A stretch of DNA of 60,940 nucleotides, filler included, from Sphacelaria rigidula (Eukaryota), in assembly GCA_964200075.2 (NCBI GenBank). It is 10 parts of 10 records of this genome, joined end to end, with 100 filler letters (N's around TTAATTAATTAA, not from the genome) between each part and the next. Parts side by side here need not be neighbours in the genome. Positions count along the whole stretch, not along the records: positions 48,835 to 54,837 come from CAXNAA020022866.1; positions 54,938 to 60,940 come from CAXNAA020022867.1; 8 more parts are not named here. One strand, written 5' to 3'. The notes under the pieces are model-generated. The model had not been told where the DNA came from and made no database searches. It saw nothing but the letters and a program-made list of their open reading frames with translations. A program made the position numbers and the translations under genes. Shown piece after piece: positions 49,233 through 60,940 of the stretch. Positions within the stretch are counted from its first letter, which is position 1; every line of letters begins with the position of its first letter.

Positions 49233-50469
49233 CGGGCCATATCTCACGATCGAAAACAGATCGACGGTGAAGAGAGACTTGGTCTTTGAATCAAGCTCTT
49301 ATCAGCATAATAAGGGGAACTTGTTGACAAGGATTGTCGCAAAAGCTCTCTCTACTCCGAACAAAATGCTTCGAGGAAAGAAAAGCACATTTTTACCACC
49401 GCTGTACCCAATATCAACCTTTCCCTGGTTACCTAATATATCACGCGGCCACCATAGCTCCACTCCTCTGCAAGTCATGAGCGGACCCTGTTGATACAGA
49501 CCATCAGATACGGTAATCTGTGTAGATCGTCCAGCTGATCACTGAACGAAACTTGCACGAAATATTAAGGAAAAGAAATCATTTTCCATTTTTTTCTTTA
49601 CACGAGCCTGTAGGAGGACGTCGATAAAATGTATTGGTTAGTGTTTCTCAGCACCCAGTATAGAGGGTATGACGCGTTCAACTCCAGGCTACTATAAAAT
49701 TATCTCAGGAGCACATACAAATTAGACCCCCAAAAATTATCATTCTCCCGAATGCCCGCCACGAGCCTTCACAGATGGCCTCGCGGCGCATCAAAGGAGG
49801 GGGTGATGTGGAGATCGCCATTTGGGCATGTGCGGAGAGATTTCCTTTTATGACCTGTAATCTAGTGAACGGCTGTTACAGGGGTAAGTTCGCAGGAGCC
49901 CCGAAACTTCCATAATATCTGCACAGCCGGATCGGGGACCCCAAGGTAACAGGGATCTTCCCAGCGAACTGCTGGCTATCCCTGGGGATCACTCTTGACC
50001 AAGACTCTCAGACTTCATCATCGGGCTAACTCGCTCGCGCTCGTCGAGCTTTCCCGAGTGATCCACTTTGCCTCAACCCCACGACTTACGGTCAATCCTT
50101 GACTATATAACCCGAGGGAAATCATTGGCCACCTTCGATGGTTTTTACCGTCACCGGGAGTCTCACGACTTCCACATATAGTTCCCTCTTTTTCAAAAAA
50201 TAATATTCCAACAAAATAATAACCATCGAACCCCAACCACTCCCAACCAAACATTCCATATCCCAACAAGCATTAATTTATGATATATATTTCTATATAG
50301 TGAGAAATACATGTAACGGAAATTAGACTAGACTCTTCGTTACAAAATAATCAATCCCTTCGTTACCGGGGTATTTTTTTTGTTCTCTTTTTTATTTCTT
50401 TTATTTTTGGAGAGTGGGACGCTATATTGCATCGTGGATATTCTGAAGGACGAAAATAGCAAATTCCAC

Positions 50470-50729
50470 CGTTTTTTGCACGGACGCGGCGGCGTCAGCT
50501 CGTCCTCGTGTAAACGGCAAGCCCAAGCCTGCAGACCTTGATTGGCATCTGGAAACACCTTCATGCAAGAATAGCACAGCCACCGCGGGCATCCGTCATT
50601 TCCCTTGTCGATGCAGAAGACCTGCTCTAAGACGCGGGAGTGACCTCTACATTGTCGCATTGTCCGACAACTGTGGCAATAGCTGTGGGCGACCGCCACC
50701 CCTCCGTGTTTGCCCGTCGCCGTCCCCAC
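50470..50729 (-). CDS. PHD/ADD-like Cys-rich zinc-finger coding segment; exon or remnant, boundaries uncertain
   Basis: YCHSCRTMRQC...VFCIDKGNDGCPRWLCYSCM...AWACRLH shows CxxC...C...C....CxxC...WxC spacing typical of PHD/ADD fingers. Confidence 0.5.
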
Positions 50730-52248
50730 ACTACCTCGCTGATTCTGTTGGTATGTGATAGTGATACCTTTTTACAATAATATGCGGACCCTGCTTCCCG
50801 GTTCTGCAACTACTGTACTGTTGGATATTGGATTATACTGGGAGCTTTTATATCGTTGTTGGGAAAAGAACGTGAAGAGCCCTGTTCTTCCCATTTCTTT
50901 ACCGGTATTATTAACGGAGTATGATCAATAGAGCAATGTCTTCACCACCCACGGCCCGCCTGTGCGTCAGCACCACAGCAGCGAGGGGATTCGGTCGTCC
51001 TCGTAAATTTAGCGTTCAGCCACGGGTCTGAACAAAAGAGCTGACATGAAGGCAACACGTGCTCGTGTGATCACTACGGACTGCCGCCGTACTTTACTGT
51101 ATCTCACTAGTCAGCCATCAGTTCGACCGTGCGGGCAACTACTTCACATCGTGTAAGTATATCTCTATCTAGGGTACGACAGCGAACAGATGCCGCGGCG
51201 GGAGAAATGTACATTTGCATGTCGTTGCACGTTCCTCATACGCTGACCGTTACCGGGATGGTATCCCACGTCTCATATCATGTGGAGGCTCGATGGTGTT
51301 TTCAAACAGTGACTTTAAAATCGCCGCAGAAAACCTGGCGCGTGTGTAAGGCATCTTGTGCGCGTGCGAGGCATTCCAACAAGAACAACATCAGTACAGC
51401 AAATGCCCCCAAATCGTTACGGTAACACCCGGCATGCTGGAACGTGCATCGTTTCGAACAAATAAGCTAATTTTGTTCTGGCAGTGGGTGTGCGCCCGCT
51501 GCGGACGGTGATTTCATCTGGAATAAGGCACAGCCAGCTACCTGATGCTTCACAGTATTCATCTTTTCACATCGGCGGAGCCACACTACCAAACGCAGGG
51601 ACCCTGCAGTGGTGCGGAGTACAAGCGGAAAAGCCAAAGCCGCCAAAAGTAGTACAGCAAGAACGCCGTTGGAGTTTGACTGTGATTTGGTTCGGAACCA
51701 ACCGAGTGCCCCCGGCATTTATTTCACCAGCTATCTGACTCTTCCCAGCTTCCCAGATTTCCGCTCGAACACCAGGTTGCCGTCCGAAAGTTTGGTTGTT
51801 ATCGATTCTCCCCTTCCGTCCCGCATATCTGATGGTGGTTTCATCTTCACTGCCGCGCCTGAAACATGGCGGGATCCAGCGCACTGAGCAATACTAAAAC
51901 GAGTATATTATATTTTCAACCATTTTTTCCCATCTGGTAAACCCTGTTGTCCATTTGACATTTCACCAACTATTACTGTAATACGCATCACCACGTCACG
52001 TTTTTCGATCCTCATGGTTGGAAGTTGGAAATGACTTCGCGATCGACCTGTTCTGGAGAAAAACAAGAAAATTGATGGTCCGCGAGTCATTCCTCGAGGA
52101 AGATCCCAAATCTTTAGTTGGATCTTTGAAAAAAATCAATCCTGTTTTTTCAACAACCCCTGAAACTCGAAGCAATTATAAACCGGGATTTATGTCACTG
52201 TTTATTGGGGCCTACGCTCACCTTCTTCAGGGCGTGTGTATAGCTTTG

Positions 52249-52310
52249 TTATGATTATGATTATGATTATGATTATGATTATGATTATGATTATGATTAT
52301 GATTATTATG
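52249..52310. repeat. (TTATGA)n hexanucleotide microsatellite
   Basis: About 10 units. Confidence 0.95.
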
Positions 52311-53055
52311 GGTGTATTCACTATGAATACGAGGTTTGTGTTGGCGGATGACGAATTATAAGGGATGTACTCTGGCGTATGCCGAAGTTGAAATAAGATA
52401 TATATAAGGGATCGCGTGTCCAAGGCGCAAACGCCGCAGAGTTGGTTCAAGCGGGCGAGACTGGTCTGGTGCAAGAGCACCGAAGAAGCAGACAGTATCA
52501 CTCGAGACCAGTTGAACAGGCAGCGACACACCAGCAGTCTCAGTAGTACAGTAGTCCCTGGCACTTGATCGATTTTTACGTACAACAACTCCATCAACAG
52601 CAACCACAGCAGTACCAACAAGCACAGCCGCAATCCCCGATCCACCAACTCCTTCAATTTCTCAGCGGCGGGGGAGGGGGCCAGATCCAACAACTCATGC
52701 ATGCAATGGGAACGGCCAACGCCGCCCCCGCCAGTACGAAGAAAGCCGAAGAAATGGAGGAGAAGCGGGATATCAACAGCTGGCTCTCGGACGAAAACAA
52801 GGCACTCTTCCACATCCTCAGGGGCGGGGTCTCCATTCCCATTCCCATTTCTGACGCAAACTTGAAACTAAAACTCCCCTCCATATTATCGAAAAGGAAC
52901 AACACTGTTACCATTATTACCATTATAATGGCCAGTTATAGCTGGTACCACTTCCGAGCTCCATCATTTATATGACCACAACCATAGTTTCCGACCAAAT
53001 TGATAAAAAGTCCCTTGTAGACCAAGTGTAGACCAGAGTTTTCCTCCTTGCTTTT

Positions 53056-53985
53056 CGGGGTACGGTCTCAAGAAGGGTCATCCCTTCGACGAGGTCATGT
53101 TTTAAATCGCAGCATTTATATCACTTGAAAATAATTGATTACACAACATGATACCTCACCCTTAGGCTTGCCGTCAAAAGAGGGGCCGAAGTACTTGTTG
53201 CTGCGCTCTACTTTGCTACTATGATCCTCCGACTACTTGCCCCGCAGGTACCTTTCCCCTCAAGTAGTACTCGGACCAGCTCATCTGTGTACAGTACAGT
53301 AGTAGTAGTACCGCAATAGCAGTGATAACCTGTGCAGTAGTTGTGTGAAATATCACTGGCACGGAGCAATTTTCAACTCTCAATTGGAATTTTCCGTGGT
53401 CCTCAAAGTCGGGATCTACCCATACTACATAGATCTCCCATCTTGTTGTCCATGCCAAGCTATTGACGACGGCAAGCATGCTATACAGGCAACACCGAGC
53501 TTGGAGCTAAAGGTCGGAAGAGAAGACACCCACCTGGTTTATCCGGGTACGGTCTCAGCAAGGGTTGTCTCTTCCACGAGGTAATTTGTTCAATAAGCAT
53601 TAATTCCACTTGAAATCCATTATACCATAGAACTCACGCTTGCCGCCAAAAAGGGCTGAAGTACTTGTTGCTGCGCTCTATTTTGCGATTATTATCTTGA
53701 CCCTCGGACTATTTCCTCGGCAGGTATTTTCCCCCTCAAGTATAAGAGTACTTGGACCAGCTCATCTGCATACAATAGCGCTGCAGTAGCAGTGATGACG
53801 TGTGCAGGAGTTGTAAAATGTCAGTGGGATGGGGCAACTTTCAACTGTCGATACGGACTTTCTGTGGTTCTGGAAGTCGGGATCTACCCGTACTACACAG
53901 ATCTCCCATCTTGTTGTCCGGGCGAAGCGCAAGCGTCCTATAGCCAGCACCGGGCTTGGCAGCCAAAGGTCGAGAAGACGCCTTC
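53056..53985. repeat. Tandem duplication, period ~487 bp (53056-53530 and 53543-53985)
   Basis: Collinear blocks GGGTACGGTCTCA, GAAGTACTTGTTGCTGCGCTCTA, GGACCAGCTCATCTG, AAGTCGGGATCTACCC and AGATCTCCCATCTTGTTGTCC in both copies. Confidence 0.9.
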
Positions 53986-54221
53986 GGCGCCCATGAGGAC
54001 AAAACCTTTCCTTCAAATTCACAGTGTGAGTACACCGACGACGCGCTGCGCGCCGTGCTCGAAATGCATTCTGAAATTAGGATGTTGTCCAATTTCCGAA
54101 GTGATGTTGCACACACCTATACCTGCCCAAGTGTCTTGTCTGTCTGAAAAATTCGTTCTGACTGTGAAACGGTGGCATAGTGCCAGCTTCACACGCGCGG
54201 TGTCAACGCTACTCCACTCAC

Positions 54222-54410
54222 CCTCGTGAAGTCTCCAACACAACCCGCGGGGTCGCAACCACCGGCGTTGCTGAGATTGGTATCGAACACTGGTGCATCG
54301 ACAGTCACCGTCGTCAAAGTCCCAGCTTCAACGACACTTGCTGTGGCCAAAGGAAACAAACTCGTCAAAAAAGTCGCCGCCGCCGCAGCAGCAGCCACCG
54401 CCGTCCTCAT
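54222..54410 (-). CDS. First exon of a secreted protein (signal peptide plus GCDPxGC motif)
   Basis: ATG at 54410; MRTAVAAAAAAATFLTSLFPLATA-SVVEAGTLTTVTVDAPVFDTNLSNAGGCDPAGCVGDFTR|gtgagt; 189 bp, phase 0. Confidence 0.7.
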
Positions 54411-54744
54411 GTTCGTTGCTTCAGTTGACTTCTTACAGAAAGGATAGGCGAAGCGGCTGAGGGGATTCAATCAGTGAAATTGGTTGTGTGTCCTCTCAGT
54501 AGGGTGCTATACCACTGTCGTAAAAAGATTGTGGGACACGATGACTATGCTTGCGGCTGGTGTACCCAGGAAGGAAAAAAACAAGAACAGGCTTTCGGGT
54601 AACCCCCTAACAAAATAGGGGTGTTTGAGCCACAAAAACATTCTTTATCTTGAAATAAATTTCCTGGTTAGCCCGAACCCTTTTCCAAGTTTTTACTTTC
54701 TGTATTAGGGTGTTTACAAGGGTTCAAGTTCCCACCCACTATGG

Positions 54745-54837
54745 TGATGTGTTGTGTGTGTTGTCGTCCCATTTCTTCTGGACGCCAGTCTACCCCTTTC
54801 GGGATATGTGGGCGCATCAGCCGGGGTCACACAAGAG
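54745..54837 (-). mobile_element. tRNA-derived SINE 3' part, truncated by the scaffold end
   Basis: GTGTTGTGTGTGTTGTCGTCCCATTTCTTCTGGACGCC...CAGCCGGGGTCACACA aligns to 14230-14315. Confidence 0.85.
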
Positions 54838-55199
54838 NNNNNNNNNNNNNNNNNNNNNNNNNNNNNNNNNNNNNNNNNNNNTTAATTAATTAANNNNNNN
54901 NNNNNNNNNNNNNNNNNNNNNNNNNNNNNNNNNNNNNGTGTGGGGGGCTTCCTCCTTTGCTGCTGGCCTGCGGCGTTGGACTGTGGGCCGCGCATCCTGT
55001 TGGAGACGGAGCACGGTGGGGGGAGGGAGGGGTCGTTTCTGGAATACGGTGAATGTCACGCAATTGTCTGCATTTCGAAACTGTAGATACCTCTCACTAT
55101 GAAACAAACCACCAGAATCAGGCGCCGTACGAATGTATAAATGTTGGTACTGTAGACACGAGCCAGTATATACATCAACAGTACAAAGAGTTGAAAAAA

Positions 55200-56290
55200 A
55201 GTATATCGAACTGTGGAGGATGGCCAGCGGTCTCCAGCAAAGAGAACTGCGATCGAAACAACGCACGGAACAATGCCACCACCTGGACGCCATCTTGACC
55301 AATGCCAAGGCTGGAGGGTCCTCGAACCGATCCGTCTTGTGCTGGAGCCGTTCATGGGGCCGCGGAGAACGCTGGAGGGTCCCAAGTACGTGACAGGCAG
55401 ACTCGTGATTCCCACTATCCCTGAATTTCGCCGAGTCCTACACGAAGCTATCAGAGAGGTGCCGGGTGTGTGCCTTGTGTCTGACGGGGAGGACGACGGC
55501 CGAGCGTGGTGCGATGCTTACGGTAGACGGTGACGACCCGGCGGTATCCGCGGTGAGGAGCTGCGCGCACGGCCTTTTTGAAGATTTCAATTGACAATGG
55601 GGGAGACGGCACCACCAACCTAGTCTACAGGGAATGAAGGAGGAGGCAGCCCCGAGGCTTCATTCATCCAAAACCGTACGAGTGCTCTCCACCGCTCTCG
55701 ATCCCGCGTACCAAGATGCTGTGCGGGTTCAATATTCACGAGCAAGAGACGGTGTCGGAGCTCGTGGTAAATAAAGGAGGCGTCGAAGATAATGGCAGAC
55801 GAGGGCCGCCAGGACACCCGATTCGAGTGCCAACGGCGTCCCTCATCCACAGAACGTCCTCAACCGACGGACACGCTCTCTGGTACGAAGCACGCTCGCC
55901 GCTTGAGAGGTTTCATGGCAGCCGCGCAGGCGGCGGACTCCGATGAGGACCCAGGTTCAAGTGAGATCGGCACAGCGGACGCCGATCTGCTCGAGAACAC
56001 GGCGCGACTCCAGGTGGAGGCGTTCAGAGCGGCGAAGAGGATGCCGGTCAACGGCGAACACAACGGGCAAAAAAATACTCTGCCACCCCCCTCACATGGT
56101 GGCGGGAGAAGAAGGCAGCGATCGCTTCGCTCGCCGAACCAGCCCGCCGCGTGCTCGCCGTCCCAGCAACACGGGGTCACTCCCAGCGTCTGTTTTCAAG
56201 CGCAGGGAACGTGGTAAGGGAAAACTCGCAACTCGCTGAGCCCCGAGCACGTTTAATTGTAGGTTTTCTGGGGTAGCACGTGGCAAGTCG
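55200..56290 (+). pseudogene. hAT-superfamily transposase remnant with C-terminal dimerisation domain
   Basis: WRVLEPIRLVLEPF...LEGPKYVTGRLVIPTI; ALDP(RTK) at ~55695; PLTWWREKKAAIASLAEPARRVLAVPATRGHSQRLFSSAGNVV..KTRNSLSPEHV (56088-56253). Several frameshifts and stops. Confidence 0.9.
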
Positions 56291-56619
56291 CAGAGGAATA
56301 TGAGGTATCGCTTGAGATGGACGGGGCTTCGAAGGCGTCGAGGCAAAATGTTCGCGTCAAATGACGCGGTGAAGCAATGGTGCACAGCTTCATGCTCCGC
56401 TTTCCGTATTTCGGTCGACTTGTACACTGGAAGTCTGGCGTTCTGTGGTGGTAACCGTAGCACATTAAGAACGGGTTTGCCCTGGGCCAGTGTTATTTTT
56501 TTTTTGTAGTCCCGTCTGCTTTTTTCGTTAGTACCTGGTGATTCTGCAGTTTTTCCGTTTTTTTCGGCTGTGGCAGGTAGGTCGACGGCTGGTCCGTCGA
56601 ATAAGGAAAATGAAGGAAG

Positions 56620-56750
56620 AAAAAGTAGAGCTCGGAAACGGTACCAGTTATAACCGGCCATTATCATTACAATGGTGATGACGGTGTAATGGTTATATGA
56701 AATTTTTGTGTAATGGTTTCAAACCATTACATACCGTTACCAGCGCTATA
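56620..56750. mobile_element. Probable subterminal region of the hAT element; inverted homologue at 52905-52965
   Basis: GAGCTCGGAAACGGTACCAGTTATAACCGGCCATTAT is a near reverse complement of ATAATGGCCAGTTATAGCTGGTACCACTTCCGAGCTC; repeated CCATTA/TAATGG motifs. Confidence 0.55.
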
Positions 56751-58238
56751 AGTCGTTACCGGTTACGTATGCTACATACAGCACACGTATTTTTTGGCTC
56801 CAGTGAAGCCCAATCGCGTCAATGTGTGCCTCCGTCCCGGCGCCTCCAGCGGGGCCCCCTCTGTCGGCGGGGACTTTTCGGCTCGCGGCTTCGCCGTTCA
56901 ACGACCAAACCATCATGTACCATTTAAATCGTTAATGGGTGCGCTACGCGTAACCATTCAACTGGTTGGTGGTTAGGCAAACCATTCCCGAGCTCCAAGA
57001 AAAAACAAGTGTGAGTTCAACACGGTGGGGCGCTTGATGGGGATCTGCCGAACACCAAACTCAAATTGCCGATTGCCGAGTGCATGATGAAGAGCGTTTG
57101 GAATACGATGGATGTAGCACATGCTCACTACACCTCGAAGTGAGAAAGCGGATCCTATATGCCAACGCCTGTCGTTTCATTGAACGACATCCTAAAACAA
57201 GCAAAACAAAACGATAACCCGCGACCACAAAGTACAAAATACGCCTGACTTTTGCTATTCAACTGCAGGCGTGTTTGTCGGTCCGGACGCAAATGATTTT
57301 GCGTTCTTGTTGGCCCGCCGCATTGAATGGGAGTTTAATGTCATCTAAGCCTTTTCAGTCCTCAGTGTCAGGCGTCACTTGGGCTACAACTATCCACATT
57401 TTTGTATAACTATCCACATTATCGAAGGGGAAACAAGCCAAATACCAAACAGCTTTTCTTGCCACCCCCCCCCCCGGCTGGTGAGGGCGCCTCGCGGGAG
57501 TGCCGATATATTTCCAATTGATCGGCGATATATGGATGGGAAAACATTGAGGTACTGGCAGTTGGCGCGGCCAGTTTAAACTTAACCGGCCAGAGCTGCC
57601 AGTTCACAGTCCTAGTATTTCTCGTTTCGGCGGTGCTGATTATCGCAGCCAATCTTCCGCCCCAAGGGGGAGCAGGGATAAAAACAATACGAACCTACAC
57701 TCGTATACAGGGAAGTGTTTCACTTTTCTCAACCGCGTCGCCGAGCGAATATACATATATCTACGCCGAATTTCCTTGTTTCTCGTCTATTTTTATTTTT
57801 TTCTTGTGCTGGTCGTGCTGACTGTTGGAGCCACGCCATCGCCACGGGAGAGCGCAGCCGAAGCCACACCCTACTGGATCACCATGCAGACACACGCAGC
57901 CAAGTACATTCATAAACGTCAATGTGCATCACTTCGCGCGATCGGACAAGGCGGCCAAAAACTAACACGAAGACAACGAGGCCGCCGCCACCACCACCAC
58001 GCCGAAATAGCTCTGGCACGGATGGACATGTAGCCAACCGCTCGGCACTACCACCAAGACAAAGACAGAAAAAATAACAAACCGAGCAAAAACTGGCTTG
58101 AAGCCAAGCCGCTATCCTGCGCGCTCGTGTCTCAACCACGACCATCTCTGACCACTCCAGCTTTCACCGCGTTCCACTCACCCCGCAGTAAACCCAGACC
58201 GCCCTGCACCGACACCCCTGCACGAGCGAACGATTCAA

Positions 58239-58332
58239 CCCTTTTACCGCGGGCAGAGGTAATCTCTTGAACCAGCATCAACTTCACTTGAAAAATGACT
58301 GCATCAGATGACGTACCCTCACGGTCAACGGA
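58239..58332. mobile_element. 94-bp piggyBac-type mini-MITE, diverged solo copy
   Basis: TCAA|CCCTTTTACCGCGGG...GCATCAACTTCACTTGAAAAA...CGGA|TTAA; reverse orientation relative to 40991-41084. Confidence 0.6.
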
Positions 58333-60940
58333 TTAACATGAAAAGGGAAGGAAATCATCACAGACCACCGGCCTCCCCCCCCCACCCCTCCCTTCCGCCC
58401 GTATCCGCTTGTCGCTCCACTCTCCCGTGCTGGCGACTGCGGCACGGTATCCTTCTCCCCATAGTCTAGCGTGGCGCATCGAATGGGATTCGTGTCCGCA
58501 GGGTAGTACATCGACTCTTGAATTGATCCTCAACGGTCGAATGCATGGACCCCGTTCCAGGGAACACTGCCCGACATGCCTGCCTGCGTGCAACATTAGC
58601 AGCGCTTCATTTGCACCTGCCAGCCACCCCGTAGCGTTTAAGCGGTTCACTCCCTCCTGGTAACACGCCTAGACGGGTGGATGACTACATGTCACGAAGC
58701 GCGGGTCATATGATCCCGTCCGCAAGGGCGACGACTCCACGGCGGGAGGGCAGAACAGCGGGGGGGGGCACATGGGGGGTCGGGGGCAGAGAAGGTCGTG
58801 ATCAAGGAGCCATCGATCATACATGCTGAAAGGTGTACCCTAGGACGAATTCGGCGGTGCTGCTCACTCGTCGGTCACGCCGCGCCCGATTCTTCACGTT
58901 CATGAAAACCATCCATGGGGGTTGGCATGAAGTCATCTATATTCCAGCGCCTACACTAAGTCGTCAGGGGTACATGCCACGCGATGCTGCGATTGGGTGC
59001 CGCGTTTGAGGACCCATCGAGGCCCCGCGCTGGGAGACAGTTCGGTTATCGGCACGCTCCCGCGTCGAGGTTAGTGGCGGGGCCCGCCGAACGTTTGTGG
59101 AGACTTGAGGCTGCATTGCGGGGGTAACTGGTGTTATACCGGCCGGCGTATATTCGCCGGCTCGGGCAGAATAGGAGAACCCGCGCCGGCAGAGTTGAAC
59201 CAGTTCCACAGTACATTTGTGCAGACACGCCGGTTCAGCCAAAATCATTTTTGATTTCACTCGCGCACAACAGAGCCGGCACACTATTTTGCAACCCACC
59301 CGCGTGAGACAGACCCGGCATAGATGGAGCGCACGCCACGGTATGCACACTAACAACACCACAGCTCACACGCACACATACGTAGACGAACCACCACCAG
59401 CTAGCCGCAAAAGCAACAGCAGCAGCAACAGCAGCATTACTGTGGAATGGAGACCGCTGCTGTTGCTCATAATGAGAGCGGTGAGCGGATGGGGGCTTGG
59501 CAGGGAGCCGAGACAATCCACACTCCCACATTTTCACCACACCGAGTAGCATAACGTTACCACTCTGCAAAGACAGAGCCGTTGCAGCGGCAAGATCACG
59601 CCGGATCGGGCGACGCAATGGTTGGCGATCATCTCCAGCAGGAACAGGACCACTTGTCTCCATATATCCCAGCCGTGGAGGCTGTTTCGATACGTCCCCA
59701 GGTGCGTGCGGGCCAAGCGTCAACCAGACAAAGTGTTTTTTTCGTTCAACCATTACTTATGTGTACCGTGTCGCCTCGCCTGTTTTCTTTTGTTGCGCTC
59801 AACGAAATCATGTAGCGCCCAACGGCTAGCCCGCAACTTCTTCAAAATCAACAGGCGATTTTCAAAATTGAGGATGGAGTTTTCCATCGAAGATGAGAAC
59901 GCGAAAAGTGAACATGTTTGTATCCACACCAATTCTCCGAAAAATGGTTGCACTCCTTCACCTACTGGTAGCTATTGGCGACTTCTACACGCCATACAAC
60001 TTTGGATTCCGATGACCGTAATTTTGGGGTCCAAGGTGAAGAGCAATTTTCGGGAATTTCGGTGATCCAGTGAAAAATTCGGTTGTCGGAATCCTTATTT
60101 GTATGGCGTGTGGTAACCGTCGACAGCTACCATTAGGTGGTGGAATGACACCATATTTCGAAGAATTTGGTGCGGATACGAGGATTTGTTTTTCGGGTTA
60201 TCGTCCTTAACCCTTTTGGGACCGGACCCCCATTAACACAGGGTTGACCCCGTGTTGGTGAAATAATAAAAATATGTCTTCGAGCGACCTCCCCAATCAC
60301 GGCGAGGCGAAATTTATCGACCAGACCCGAACGATCAGCGCGGGGATTGTTGTCGAGTGTAAATGCAAAGATCGTGTGGGGGCCCTATCCCTGGCCCAGA
60401 TAAGCCACCCCAGGTTTTCAAGTGCAGGGTGGTCGCAGCTTGGTTTTATGGTATTACTTGCTCTCAGTACACCGTTCCCGAGTTTTTTCCGGAGTGTTTT
60501 TTGGGTCCCAATTCTGTATTAAAACGTAGTAATTTACACCAACAGGGTGAACCGGAAAAAACCGGGAAGGAGTGTACATGCCACCATGTGGTCATTTTCA
60601 CGAGGCACAAAATCCAGGTGGGCTGTGGAAAGACAAAAGGAGCTACGGTGATGAATTCTGCGTATCCCTCTGCCGATGACCTGCAGTGTGCAGTCCAAAT
60701 GTATGTAGTGGACGGGGATGATGAAGCTGTTATGATAATAGGCAGATGATTTCTGTAGCTGAGAATTGCCGAGAACGTGCAAGGGAGTATGCAGCGGCGG
60801 CTGCTGCTTCAGTCGCGGAGAGGCGTACCATACTGTACTCTACTATACTGTCGTATGCATGCGCGCCGCAACGCTGATGCCCTTGCAACAAGGGGGGAAA
60901 TGGCGGCCCACCCCGACCACGAAGGGCTGTGTGGCAAGGT

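Noticed and set aside
57800..59750. Multi-exon gene in the last scaffold
   Set aside because: Several GC-rich ORF fragments, but I could not build a consistent spliced frame or recognise a domain.

Overview
Eukaryotic, repeat-rich DNA with short exons in long introns. It is most consistent with a brown alga (Phaeophyceae, Ectocarpus/kelp-like); this is an inference from gene style and recalled repeat and protein families. The window is not one locus. It is ten unrelated scaffolds of 6005-6003 bp in descending length, joined by artificial 100-bp N44-TTAATTAATTAA-N44 linkers. Decayed autonomous elements: a Ty3/gypsy integrase with a chromodomain plus an extra Tudor-like C-terminal domain, and a hAT transposase. 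Non-autonomous elements: Sola2-like, hAT-like, Tc1/mariner-like and mini-piggyBac MITEs, a tRNA-derived SINE, poly(C)-tailed LINE 3' ends and an (AATC)n-tailed retroposon. Host exons: three in-frame exons of a ferlin-like C2 protein, an F-box exon, a signal-peptide first exon, a Cys-rich exon with a GC donor, and a PHD/ADD-like zinc finger. Most ORFs in the six-frame track are noise. I found no intact multi-gene novel system. The best leads are the dual chromatin-reader integrase, the poly(C)-tailed retroposon family and the small MITE families.
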